A stretch of DNA of 64,000 bases. It comes from Podarcis erhardii. Lineage: Eukaryota. The translations under genes and the position numbers were made by a program. The notes beneath the pieces were generated by a model. The model was not told the DNA's origin. It saw nothing but the letters and a program-made list of their open reading frames with translations, and ran no database searches. The stretch lies in the NCBI GenBank assembly GCA_964252035.1, contig OZ176202.1. One strand, written 5' to 3'. Shown piece by piece: positions 1-11,673 of the stretch; positions within the stretch are counted from its first letter, which is position 1; every line of letters begins with the position of its first letter.

Positions 1-684
1 AGCAAAAGAAAACCTCACGCTGACGTGAATGCAGATTATACTGGCATTCTGATACAAGTGTAATAATTCTAGATTCCAGATGGTGTCTGGCCTTTAAAGC
101 AATGGCACAGAAAATGCTGCAAAATATTGGAGTACTGAAGTACTGGCAAGTGCTCTTTAAGTAACTGAATTCTCTGTAGGATAATGTTTGATTAACTGCA
201 GTATGAACTGTGTCTTCTGTTTCTTAGTATCCCTGCCACATGCCTCTTCGAGTCCACTGCGTTAGTTCAAAATGCATAATGTTGACTGTTGTCTTTTTCA
301 TTTGTCTTAAGACAAAGTTATGAGGTATCCTTTACTGTAAATCTAATGATGAAGTGACAGGCCTTGTTGACTTAGGACACAAAGACAATTGTACATTCAG
401 TAATTGCTTTTAGTGATCTCTCTACACATTACTGCAAACAACCGTTAGTTACATTGAAAAAAAAACTTTCTCCTTTTCACATATGATATGGCATAAACGA
501 AACAAAATTTGACAAAAATCATACACATAAAATAAACAAGACAAATACACAAATAAGGCCATCTGCAAAATTAAAAATCCAACTCTCGTAATATTTCACA
601 ATAATTTCTACAGAATATTTTACATCTTAAAAACTTAAATATTTAATGCACAGGAAAAAGGTGGTCTTGACAGAACCGACCACA
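1..684 (-). other. DST: DST 3'UTR (partial)
   Basis: AT-rich sequence downstream of the stop. I found no sense-strand AATAAA; one ATTAAA lies about 40 nt after the stop. The UTR probably continues beyond position 1. Confidence 0.85.
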
Positions 685-950
685 CTATCTCTTGGAGGAC
701 TTGTCTAATTTGCTGGCCGGCGACTTTCTTTGTGGAGTTGGAATTTTGGAAGGTTTTCCAGATGCTGAGCGAGAATTGGGTCGGGGTGTTGGCCTAATTG
801 GGGTATGAACAGTCTCTGATACATCTGAGCACACAGACTGAATTTCTGAAATGTCAAAATCAGATGCGTCACTGCCCCGGCGGCTGCTTGCTCTGCTGCC
901 AGCCTTGCTTCCTGCTCGACTTCCAGGTCTGCTTGGTGTTTTTCTGGTGT
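685..950 (-). CDS. DST: DST last coding exon: (D)[26 protein letters not shown]...[21 protein letters not shown]; SxIP motif SKIP at 739-750
   Basis: Acceptor catgcag at 951-952; TAG stop at 685-687; GSR repeats and SxIP are established spectraplakin tail features. Confidence 0.97.
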
Positions 951-1723
951 CTGCATGAGGAGGAGAAATACACCCATTGCAATTAGAGTGAGCAGGGATA
1001 ACGAAGGCTGATTTTGTACTGGCATCATCAAGAGCTTCATGGTGCTCCATTATAGGCATCCAGAAGTCTACTCAAGCGAGTGCTGCTCTTTCATTACAAA
1101 CCAGAGGATAAAGCTAACCGTAGCTACTGGTCATGGCAGCTTCTATCTCTGAACACTAGTGGTTGGGTTTCACTGGTAAGGAGGCTGCTGCTACACTCAC
1201 ATCCTGATTGTGGGCTTCCCATCCTGATTGGCCATTGTGAAAACATGATGCTGGACTGGATGGTCCTTTCATCACATTCAGCAGGGACGTTCTGGATGCT
1301 ACCCACTGGGCACATCAAGTATGCCCTGTTTCAATCCTACATGGGTACATCAGAGCCCCTCTGTTATGTGCAGCTGGTGGATATGAGTCAAAGCAATCTA
1401 CTGTTTTCAATGCCAATTATTTCCCTTTTAAAGTGCTTTGTATCACAAGTGGAACTTTTCACTCTAGCTTCTTCTGCTCTGGTATCATGAAACTCACAAG
1501 TTAGACATGATATCAATATGCAGTTCCAATTTTACATCCCACCTTCAGTGAACCAGAATTTCATCAGTACCAAGGCCTTGATTCAAAGCAGGATCTGCCA
1601 CATTTCAGCCTCCCAAAGAAGCAGATCCAACGCAATGTGTGTACATGCAGTAGTCTACTTTTGACTCTTTGTATTAGGTACTAGCATCCCAGAGACATTT
1701 ATTCCAAGCTCTCCAGTGCTCAC

Positions 1724-1847
1724 CTGCAAAATGTGCCCTGACTCTTGTAGCTGCTGTTGAAATGAGGCTGCTGTCTTCTCCAGAATGGAAACCCTTCCCA
1801 GACAGATATCCTGGCAATCTAAGTTTACTCCCTTGTATTGGAGTCCC
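1724..1847 (-). CDS. DST: DST exon, 124 nt: [20 protein letters not shown]...RVRAHFA
   Basis: Acceptor ctacag, donor CAG|gtgagc; phase 0 to 1. Confidence 0.96.
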
Positions 1848-3969
1848 CTGTAGGACACAAGGAGAACTGAATGAAACAAACCCATTATGTTCTGCAACAA
1901 ACAAGAGCTGAATTTAGGACTCCATCCATATCACCTTCTTCGGAACATGCATGGCAAAGAAAAAGCTATTCCAAAAAGTGATGACATAGGAATATTTAGT
2001 TAATGAGTTGGAAAGGGAACCAAATGGTAATAATATCTAGTATGTAAAGCACTTTACCTGTCACTGTATCTCTTCCTTCCCTCCCTCAATGTTTCCCAGT
2101 TATCAAATTTTAGTTTATAAACTTCTTGAGAGCAAGAACCTGTCTGGTTTTGCTTACATAACTTGGTAAGGTGCTTTGTACACTGATGACATTGTATAAA
2201 CGAACATACAAACAAACAAACAAAAAGAATGGCTTTTTATATTTACATGTCAAGATGTAATATACCTGCCAACTTAGGATCACACTTCATGTATCTGATG
2301 AAGTCAACTCTAAACTACAAAATCATGAGTTTACTCTATGACAAGACATTTTGCTATTTTTTCTGCAACATGCCTATGCTTCTGAAAAATGCACCAGTGT
2401 GACTAGTCTGAAGGATCACTGTTTAGTCATCAAGGCAATATGGAATTAATTCTGACCAGGGAGGACAATTAAATTGCTGCGCTGACACTTCTTTGGTTTG
2501 CTACTAATAGCTAAATGCAAATAGGAAGTTTACATTGAGGCTATGCTATCTGCTGAAGTATGGAGAAAAAGAAAGCATAATATTAGAAACTGTCAGAAAT
2601 TCATATTCTATATTGTGTTTTAAATCCTGTGGATATTTAGGAGTAATAATTCTGTACATGTAATAAATGTATTTTATGGGAAGGATAGCTAAGTAGGTGT
2701 TTCGCTACCTAGTAAGCAAAGCCATACAAAAATCTCAGAAGTTAGTTGTAGAAAAAGCTGGAGGGAAAGTAGCAGAAGTGGTAGCCGCCACAAGCAAGAG
2801 CAGTAATAACACATTCTTCTCAGGGCTAACCATTGATGTACTGCATACCCTAATATAATTTTGTATTATGTGAGAAGACAGCAGTATTATGTCAGCAGGA
2901 GACAGTCTACTGATTTAATCTTTGGCTCCTTAATCCATAGTAGACTCTTTCAATCTTTTATGTATTTCAGTTCTCAATATTCCCTTGTTCTAAACAAACA
3001 ACCATTTCCCTATGAGAACTGAGAAATTATAGCTTGGGTTGTTTCCCCAGTATTGGCACTGAAAGATACTTCAGATCCTAAATATTCTGGTGGCTGCCAC
3101 CTACGCAGTGTTCCACAATCACCAGATAATTAATTTTAATGCGTGTTTGTACCATGAGGGCACGAAGTGAGACATTCTTGGTGGCTCCTTGAGATATATG
3201 GAACTTCTTTCTCTTGGAGGACCGAGCCAGATACACTCTAAGATATTTTTATTTTCACTCATTTTTAATGGCCAGAGTAAAGCAGATATGGGATAGTTGC
3301 AATGCAATCTCACAATTTTATCTAGGTTTCCTAGGCATAGTATTTATAGTTTCTATTTTAATGCCATTTCTTGCTCTGAGCTGTTGGGAAGGGATGGGCT
3401 TGAAACTAAACTCAGGCCATAGTTCAGCATGGAATAGAAAGTGTTTTAGTTTATTGATTTTGGTGTGCTTAGCTCTGAGAGGCCTAAGTACTAAATGGGG
3501 TCAAACAGAGCCAGAACACCAATGGCATACTATTAGGTAAAATAATATTGGACTGACTTAATGTTAGTGCAGCAATCTGAAACTTCTTGCATTTCACATA
3601 ACTTTTCATTAGGCAGAATGGTAATGCACCAGGATCTCATATTTATCTAACTGCTTATCTAGAGCAAACTAGATGATTTCAGTTATAAATATCTTAGACT
3701 CCACATGTACAGTGCTGATTCCTAGTTTGACCATCGTTATATAGAATTTAAAGACATGCTCATCAAGACCCAAACAAACTCAAATGACTGATCAATTTAT
3801 AGATTTAAAAAGAGAGAAAGTAAAATTGTTGGATAGAAGATTGAAAACAAACGGAGTGCATTAATATGTAAGGAAGGTACAGCATAGCTGGGCAAGGAAC
3901 TGTAGTGAATGTTAGCTAACAGGATAGTTTTAGTGAATGTTAGACTAGAATATCCATCCATTACTGTAC

Positions 3970-4080
3970 CTCTGTGGATGACACTTGATATTCAGAGCAC
4001 TCTGGAGGTTTACAAGGAGATGATGTTTTGCTGTTTATCAACCATGGTTTACCATAGTTGCGTGTTAAATGATGGGGTGT
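3970..4080 (-). CDS. DST: DST 111-nt cassette-type exon: TPHHLTRNYGKPWLINSK...YQVSSTE
   Basis: Acceptor atacag, donor GAG|gtacag; phase 0-0; LTRNYGKPWL motif recalled from DST isoforms. Confidence 0.9.
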
Positions 4081-4526
4081 CTGTATGGAACAATGGCAAA
4101 TCACAAGGGTGAAGAACAGGCGATGGAAAACAATGTCATGGAGAGGAATATTCAGATTATGAATACTGAATCTCACAGTAAAAGTCAAAAACAAAATAAC
4201 ACCAAAACAAAGCAGGAACAGTTGACAAGCATTCTATACAAAAGAGAATGTATGTGTGCTTTTTAAAATGCAATGGTGGGTTAATGGTTTTTTCATTATT
4301 GTTTTTTTCCACTTTTCTAATTAGCTTACATGTTTTTTCCCAGGCTTGCACGACCGCTGCAATTGTAAGGGAGGAAACAATAAAAAATTTTTGTTAGCTT
4401 TCTTTGAAAAATAAAATAACCAATATCTCCCCTATTTGTTTTAGGGTAGCATTATGGCGAACTGTAGCAAGCTTGGCCTGATTTTATTAACTGCATTAAA
4501 TTTCATCTGCACCACTCCAGTCATAC

Positions 4527-4726
4527 CTTGGGTGTGCTGGCAGCAAGAGCTGATGTTGGAGCTCCTTGAGCAGGTGGATTTGACACAGACATGGATCTGT
4601 TGGGTGAAGCACCCCTTGAAGAAGGTCGTGATCTGCGTCCCCTTTGTCGGAAGGCAGCCATGCTTTGGCTAGCTCCATCTGCCAAAATAAATTTCTCACG
4701 TAGCTCCATGTTCGTCCTCCCTTTAG
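4527..4726 (-). CDS. DST: DST exon, 200 nt: (A)[12 protein letters not shown]...ALAASTPK (GSR-rich)
   Basis: Acceptor ctctag, donor AAG|gtatga; phase 1 to 0. Confidence 0.96.
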
Positions 4727-5522
4727 CTAGAGGATGCGAAAGAGAGAAATTGAGAAGTCTGATTATTTCCCCGGCTGCCTGTCCATATCGCTGGCTTTGC
4801 TAGAGCTAAACAAACAGGCCAAACAATTCAAACACATTAGTGAGTAATGCATTTGTTTGAGACAAAAAAAGTTCATTTGCAGAATATGCGCATCTAACAT
4901 TTTACGCTAGCAAAAGATGAACTGCGCATTTAACATTTTATGCTAGCAGAGATGAACTGCTGTCAACATAAATCAGCATGATAATGGAATGGCTCAACAT
5001 GCTATTTGGTTACCAATGCACAGACTCAACCTGAAGACCCATTTGACTAATGCTACCACTGTTTGGATGATTCAGAAACAGATGCTGGCTACGATGAATA
5101 AACATGGAGAGAAAAGCATAAAACCATATTAATTCTAAGCTATATAGTAATGCAGTTGGGCAACATGCAATGACAAACAGAAACTCCCAAACTGTAAAGA
5201 AGTGATGGGATGCTGGGCACAGACAAACGCAGGTATAGAGGCAAAGGTGAGAACTTCCCACAAGGTTCAGATGCGTGAACAGGTTAGCATTTGGTTTTCT
5301 CTGTCTTAATGGCAATTGCTTTTGAAACACTCTTTCCGAGCGTGTCAAAGGAAATTTAGAAGCAAGCTCTCAAGCACCAGCCAGTGCAATAAGTGTTAAG
5401 GCTAAAAAATGTGAAACGTGAAGCGTTGTGTTAAATATATATTTGTATATATCAAAGCAGAGTGGGTAGGAAATGGAAAAGAACATTAAGAACAGGAGAG
5501 ACAAAGAGAGGGGTTTGCCAAC

Positions 5523-5591
5523 CTATAGTAGGCTGAGTGGTAATTGAAGAGTTTGATTCCGAACGTAACATTTTACTCCCATGATGATGAA
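5523..5591 (-). CDS. DST: DST 69-nt cassette-type exon: (V)HHHGSKMLRSESNSSITTQPTI
   Basis: Acceptor ttttctag, donor TAG|gttggc (weak); phase 1-1; matches the recalled alternative DST insert after DPCR. Confidence 0.88.
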   Translation of the reverse strand, partial: FIIMGVKCYVRNQTLQLPLSLL

Positions 5592-8038
5592 CTAGAAAAA
5601 ATGACACAGGATATGGGTCATATTAAAAGAAAATTGTTAGCAGGAGAAGAAATCAATTACAGCAGTTGCATATGCAAGAAGATTCAAAGCTGCAGGCCAA
5701 GGACAGATCTTAAGTGATTTAAAGTTCTCGCTAAGTGTTCCTAAGCAAGATCGTGGAGTTTTCTTCAGCAAAAGAAACCACTCTTGGTGTAAGCTCAGCT
5801 GCAGACAGTCCCAATGTCATCATGTAGGTAAAAAAAAGAAAGCAAGTAGTTTCTTTGCCATCTTCAAAAAGGGATGTTCTATCTTCATACTTCTTAAGAT
5901 TGCATGAAATGAGGACACAACATATCACACAGTGCTTTAATAGAATGAAACCTAGTCACCATTAAGACACCCAACAGGTTTGTATATGATTTAGTTTCCA
6001 CATAAGAGCTAGTGTTTCCATGGCAAATCTGATGAAGAATGCAATCTTACGTTCCATCCTTTTGAGACAGGTTTATCTCTGAAATTATGTTGCCCTTTGA
6101 AAGGGATTTTGTGGGTGAAGTACCCCACAAATGGAAAACAAAAAAATTCAGACTCATATTCAGTAATACTGAAAATCACAAATGAACTATCCTTGCTGAA
6201 AACCTGTTTCAGAAAAAAAAAAATCTCTCCATATTGACTCAATTTACACATAACGCTAAACCATGGTTTATGTTAGTGATGAGCTGTAGTGAGCTCTGGA
6301 CTTCTCCCCTGCCTTGTCCTCCTCTGGTGTGACCGTGAGAAAGGATAAGAAGCTTCTGCTTCCGCTTTAAGCAACTACAGTTTTGCATGATGTCCAAACC
6401 TAGATGTCCAAATTAACCTTAACTATGGTTTATTGAAACAAGTCATCTTCTTAAACTATGGTCTGAAGTTGGCTTATTTAAATAAGTGGTTAAGATTAAC
6501 CACATTTTGTCCAGATCCAGATGATAAAAAGCTGTGGTTAATTTAAAACAGAAGTTAATGCCTCCTCGTAGTTGTGCGGGAGGAGGAAGGGAAAGGCATA
6601 AACTACAGTAGCAGCCATCACATCTTCCATATTTGTATACACTGGTGTTGAAGAACCCAATTCCTGTAACGGGAAGCTTGGTGATTATCAGCTGGAGATA
6701 CCAGCTGTTGTTGTTTTTTAAAAGCAGCAACAATATGTCAAATCAAGTACTGTTCACCTGACTTAGGTGGAACATGGGTGGATTGTAGGCATCTCACAAT
6801 GTAGGAATAAAATAGCACATGTAATGTGTTATTATAGGAGTCAATTATATTCAGTCAGAATGCTACATTCCACTTTTGTCCTGTTAAGATTCTTCAGAGT
6901 AGAGTATGAGATGGGATGATGGAATCAGGTGGATCAATGTAGGCTGTGTAACTATCTCATGTATTCCTGTACAGCAGGAATGTAAAATGTGACTCAAGCA
7001 TAATGTAATTAAAACAGAATTGAAGCAAGTTTTCCACCTGAGGCACAGTTCACTCTTTTTTTCAACACTACAGATAACATCCAGTCATATGATCCTTTAC
7101 TAAACAGAAGGAATTTTAAATTGTAGTTTCAATTGTATCTGATAAAATGGTGGCTGGATAAGTAAGCATTAGGAAAAAGAAATATATAGCCCAAAGAAGC
7201 ATGTATACCACCACAATGTTTACTTTTCAGTCTGAACTTGCAGCATTACGTATAGAATTCACAGTTTTAACTACAGAGAAAAATAATCTAATATATGCCC
7301 AATAATGTTTTCTGTAGCTACTTTTCATTTTTGAGAAATACAACACTACGTTCACCACCCCATCTTAACATTCCTTTGTACATTCACAACATAAAACTGG
7401 GTGATGCCCTTTATATTATTCCCTCTGGGATTAGCAAGTAGTCACTATTTTACTTACCATTTCCACTGAACTTCTGGAATTTTGCCCCCCAAAGTGATTG
7501 CTTCACTTCACCTCTTGGTGAGCCTAGCCCAACCAATCCCATGCCTACTGCATTCTATCAACACACACAGCACGCAGACCTAGGACCCAGAAATGATTTC
7601 AACTAAACCCAGGCTACCCTCTTCTGTGAATCAGGTTTTAGGCTTATAAGGCTGTTAAGATGCTACAGTGAAATCTGCTTACAAATCTGGGCTCAATAGA
7701 TTAGAATCCTTGGAAGATCTAGGCCACAAACCAGTGAGCCATTTTCCCCTCCAGCTGTTCACCATGAGCCAGGCTACATGTTACACTCACCATAAGAGTG
7801 GTCCCACCACAGTTTCTGCTCTTCCCCCCTCCCAACTCTGAGGGAAAATTAGCTAACAACAGAGAAAAGGGGAGATAACCAATGGACAGGAAAGGGAAAC
7901 CAGCACTTCCTCCTTTCCTGTATGTGTGGTTTCTGCGTTCCTGACAGCTTTTCATTCTGTTGGTGTGAGAGAGCCAAAGAAATTCCTTGCAAGTCAAGCT
8001 CTCACATGGTGAATGCAATGCATAGCCAGAGTATACAG

Positions 8039-8273
8039 CAGAGCTTTCCAAACTTTTCATGTTGGTGAGACACTTTTTAAACATGCATCATTTCGGAACA
8101 GTAATTCAGTTTTGCATCATTCCACGACACAGTAATTCAGTTTTACTAGCAAACCAGAGGTTAAACTAACCCCTTTCCAGCTCTGGGAGGAGCGTGGGGA
8201 GCGTTTGTGTGACACACCTACACACTGCAGCCAACACATTAACGTGTCGCGACAAAGAGTTTGGAAAGCTCTG
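8039..8273. mobile_element. hAT-type MITE, 235 bp
   Basis: Perfect 16-bp TIR CAGAGCTTTCCAAACT / AGTTTGGAAAGCTCTG; 8-bp TSD gtatacag / gtctacag (7/8). Confidence 0.85.
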
Positions 8274-8480
8274 GTCTACAGTATCTTCAGTAGGTAGCCC
8301 TTAAAAATAGCAAGATGTATATAAGTAGGGCATATGAATCAGTGTTTAACTAAACCAGGGATTTATACAGTTTACATTTCATCCTTCTAACCTCTTCTAC
8401 CCTAGTTAATCCATGACAGCAGTTTAATATACACTATTAATGGGTTTAATAGTCATATGTAAAGAAGTCTTCCTACATAC

Positions 8481-8598
8481 CTCTGCAAGGATCATTTTTC
8501 ACTAAGAACTCATCAAGTGCCATCCATCCGCCTCCAACTCGAACCATAACAGTGCTCCGCAGAATGCGGACAAGACGGAGTTGCTGGGAGTCACCAAA
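8481..8598 (-). CDS. DST: DST exon, 118 nt: [39 protein letters not shown] (GAR domain C-half)
   Basis: GAS2 signature VRVGGGW; acceptor gcacag, donor GAG|gtatgt; phase 0 to 1. Confidence 0.97.
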
Positions 8599-9360
8599 CT
8601 GTGCAGGAAGACAGGAAATCAAGCTCAAGGTTTCCTACAAGTTCTAAACAGCACAGTGCGCTCCAAGCCAAGAGGGTTAAAATTAGCCACGCACAATAAG
8701 CTCCTAAATCATTAGTAGAAAAATCACCAAAGAGTTTTGCATTATGCATATGGTAAAGGTTGTTTTTAAGTTGAATGCAACTGCATTAACCCAAAAGGTA
8801 GCAATGAGATTGGTGGGGAAGGGGAGGGAGGCAGAGCACACAAGGGTATAATGCTGCTAGGTTTGATTGCCCCCCCCCCCCCGATTCTTGAGAGCCACAT
8901 GGATGTTTCTCAGATCTTTTCAAAGGAGAAAAATTAGTCATGTAATACAGGAAGCTATTGTATCATGGAATTGTACTGTCAATACTAAAACCTTCACTGA
9001 TCTCTCCTTGAAAAAATGATAAGAATATTTCCATCAAAATATGGATTAGACATCATTATGAGGACACTGATCCACAGAACAAATATTACAGTGATGACCA
9101 CTGAATAAGTCAGAAAAACAAACTTTTATTGTTATTTCAGAATTTCTTTTTCACCCTCTTGCCTTCTGGAAAGCTGCCCCTTAGAATAGCCACTAAGGGC
9201 TTTTCTAGGCAAGTGTTGTATCATGTAACAAAAAGAGTTTTTATGAGGGATCCAGTTATCTTTCTTCAGGGATGCCCTTCTTCAAGGGGTGCTATTTTTT
9301 TTAGCATTTTGTGACCATTCACCCACACATTATGTGTATTTCTATAGCCAGTGTGAGAAG

Positions 9361-9755
9361 TAAGAAAGAATAAGCTGGATTAGGGCAATGGCCCATCTAG
9401 GCCATCCTGCTCTTACAGTGGCCAAACAACGTGCTTGCAGGAAACCCACAAGTAGAATTCAAGTACAAGAGCACTCTCCCCTCCTGTGGTTTGCAGCAAC
9501 TGGTTTTCATAATCATTGCTGCCTCCAACTGTGGAGGCAGGACATAGCCATCATGGCTAGCAGCCTTAAACAGCCCTCTCCTCCATGAATTTGTCCAATC
9601 CTCTTTTAAATCCATCTGGGTTGGTAAACTATCGCTGCCTCCTGTGGGAGTAAGTTCCACAGTTTATGAGTTGCATGAAGAAGTAACTTTCTTTTATCAG
9701 CCCTGAATCCTCCAACATTCAGCCTCATTGGATGGCCAAGGGTTTGAGTGTCATA
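9361..9755 (-). mobile_element. CR1-type LINE 3' fragment
   Basis: Similar along its length to 56906-57215, 39485-39725 and 51985-52150 (gcccatctag...cagcaactggt...ttttaaa...catc); resembles recalled reptile CR1 3' ends. Confidence 0.6.
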
Positions 9756-10216
9756 AATTAGGTAGCTATTGAATCATTAGTGGCATGTCTCCACTTTTCC
9801 AGTAAATGTTTTTACTGTCTATTTTATTCTTTTAAGTTTCATTTTTCTTATTTTGTTAGATGCTGGCTGAACTCCATTATACTACCCCAACACGCAGCAT
9901 TTTAAAGTAAACCAATAACAGGCCAGCACCAGCAAGACTATCCTTTGAACTCAAAGTAATAATGCTGCAATTCTGTGAATACTTTATATTTGTAAAAAAA
10001 CACCTAAAAAAACAACAGCTTGAAGGCTGCAGACTCCCTCTCCCCAATGCTAGAGCTCACATCTCCTTCCAGAAGGATAGTCTCCCCAACTTTAATGATG
10101 TGGTAATTTTCAGTTGCAAATATGCAGCTTCACTAGCACAAGTATCAGTTTAGAGTTGGGGGGGGCAAACAAAAAAACCCTCGCATGGTGGGGGCAGGAG
10201 CTCCAAGGATCTAAGG

Positions 10217-10399
10217 CAGTGGTGGCGAACCTTTTAGAGACTGAGTGCCCAAACTGCAACCCAAAACCCACTTATTTATCGCAAAGTGCCAACACGGCGA
10301 TTTAATATGGGATAATAATGATTTTCTGCATGCACGCATACAAATAAATATAAATAAATAAATAAACCCAGCCAGATGGATGGGGTATTATTAATATAA

Positions 10400-10436
<37 letters not shown>

Positions 10437-11673
10437 TGCTCTTTTTGTTACTGGCAACCCAGCAGCCTCAGCACTTGTGTGTGTTGCGAAGCAGGCTGTT
10501 AGGCAGAGCGCACTCAGAATACTTTCCCTGCATGTGGGTGTGTGGATGTGTATAGATGTCTGTCTGTTTCTCTCTCTGTGGCCCCTTTGGCGCTTCTCTC
10601 CTGTGCATCGGAGAACAAGAGAGAAGCAGAAAGGAAACAGAGAGACAGAGACAGACAGAGGACTCAGCATGGGACTTGGGGAAACCCGCAGCTGGCAAGC
10701 GACTGACCCTTTCATCAGGGAAGCTGGAGTTGCTATGTTGGGGTGGGCAGGAAAGAGAACTGAGGCTCACTGGTTTCGCAGCATGCAGGCACCAAGGTCT
10801 CCTGTTGTGAGGTGTCTTCAAGGAGCAGCTCGCCTCCACCCCCTTCACTTCTCTCAGCCGCTCTTCATAACATTCACTCCTTCTACACCTCACCCACCCT
10901 CTCACTGGCTCTCCCTCTTCCCCACCCGGTCTGCACTCTCCAGAACAGGAGAAAGAGCAACCTCCTTCTGAGTTCAAAAAAAGGAGGAGGGAAAGGCAGG
11001 GAAATCAGGCTTATGCAAAAGCCAGGCAGAAGCATCCCGATGTGGCACATTGCAAAGCTGCCCCCTCTTCCGTGTGTTTTGCTTTGCACAAGCGTGGCCC
11101 AGCGTAGCGCTCCCCTCCCTGGCATGGGAGGCTCCCTGGCAGGCTCCTTCTCCACCCCCACCCCGCTCTGCATCTTGGATCTTGAAAACAGCAGCACAGC
11201 CCGAGCCTGCTGTTTGTCCTCAGGGGTAAGAGACAGACCCTTCTGTTAATCGATGGCTAGCTGAGCTGTCGCTCCCCGCCAAAATAAAAATCCAAACCTG
11301 CTTCGGATCCAAACCCACACCATCACAACCCACTGTCTCCATGCTTCCTTACCCAGCACCCTGTCTGTCTTAAATTGCAGCATTTTTTGGGGGGGGGAGC
11401 TGGTTGGCTAGCACACAACTCTCCCCCATGCTACTGTGGGCAGCGTGCACTCTAGGGAGCATTTCCTGCCCAAATTGGTGGGAGGGGGGGGAGGGGGAGC
11501 TGCACATCTGCCAACCACCTTAGGGAGCGTTTCCCACCCGCAATGGCATGGGGGGAGCGGCTGTCCCTTTGCCAGCCCCCAGTAATGGCCCTGCATGCCA
11601 TCTTGCGCGCATGCTATCAGAGAGGGTTCTGAGTGCCCACTCTGGCACGCGTGCCATAGGTTCGCCACCACTG
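10217..11673. mobile_element. Non-autonomous hAT element, 1,457 bp
   Basis: Perfect 16-bp TIR CAGTGGTGGCGAACCT / AGGTTCGCCACCACTG; 8-bp TSD atctaagg / gtctaagg (7/8); no transposase-like ORF among the internal ORFs; internal (ATT)n at 10401-10436. Confidence 0.88.

Noticed and set aside
951-1059. ORF 685..1059 extends 36 codons upstream of the last exon to an ATG
   Set aside because: The extension is the 3' end of an intron (CTCTAAT branch-like motif, pyrimidine tract, CATGCAG acceptor). The spliced frame from exon 1724-1847 already explains the coding part.
10302-11671. Dense cluster of 84-169-aa ORFs on both strands
   Set aside because: All lie in the GC-rich, low-complexity interior of the hAT element, with no transposase or other domain motifs; stop-codon depletion by composition explains them.
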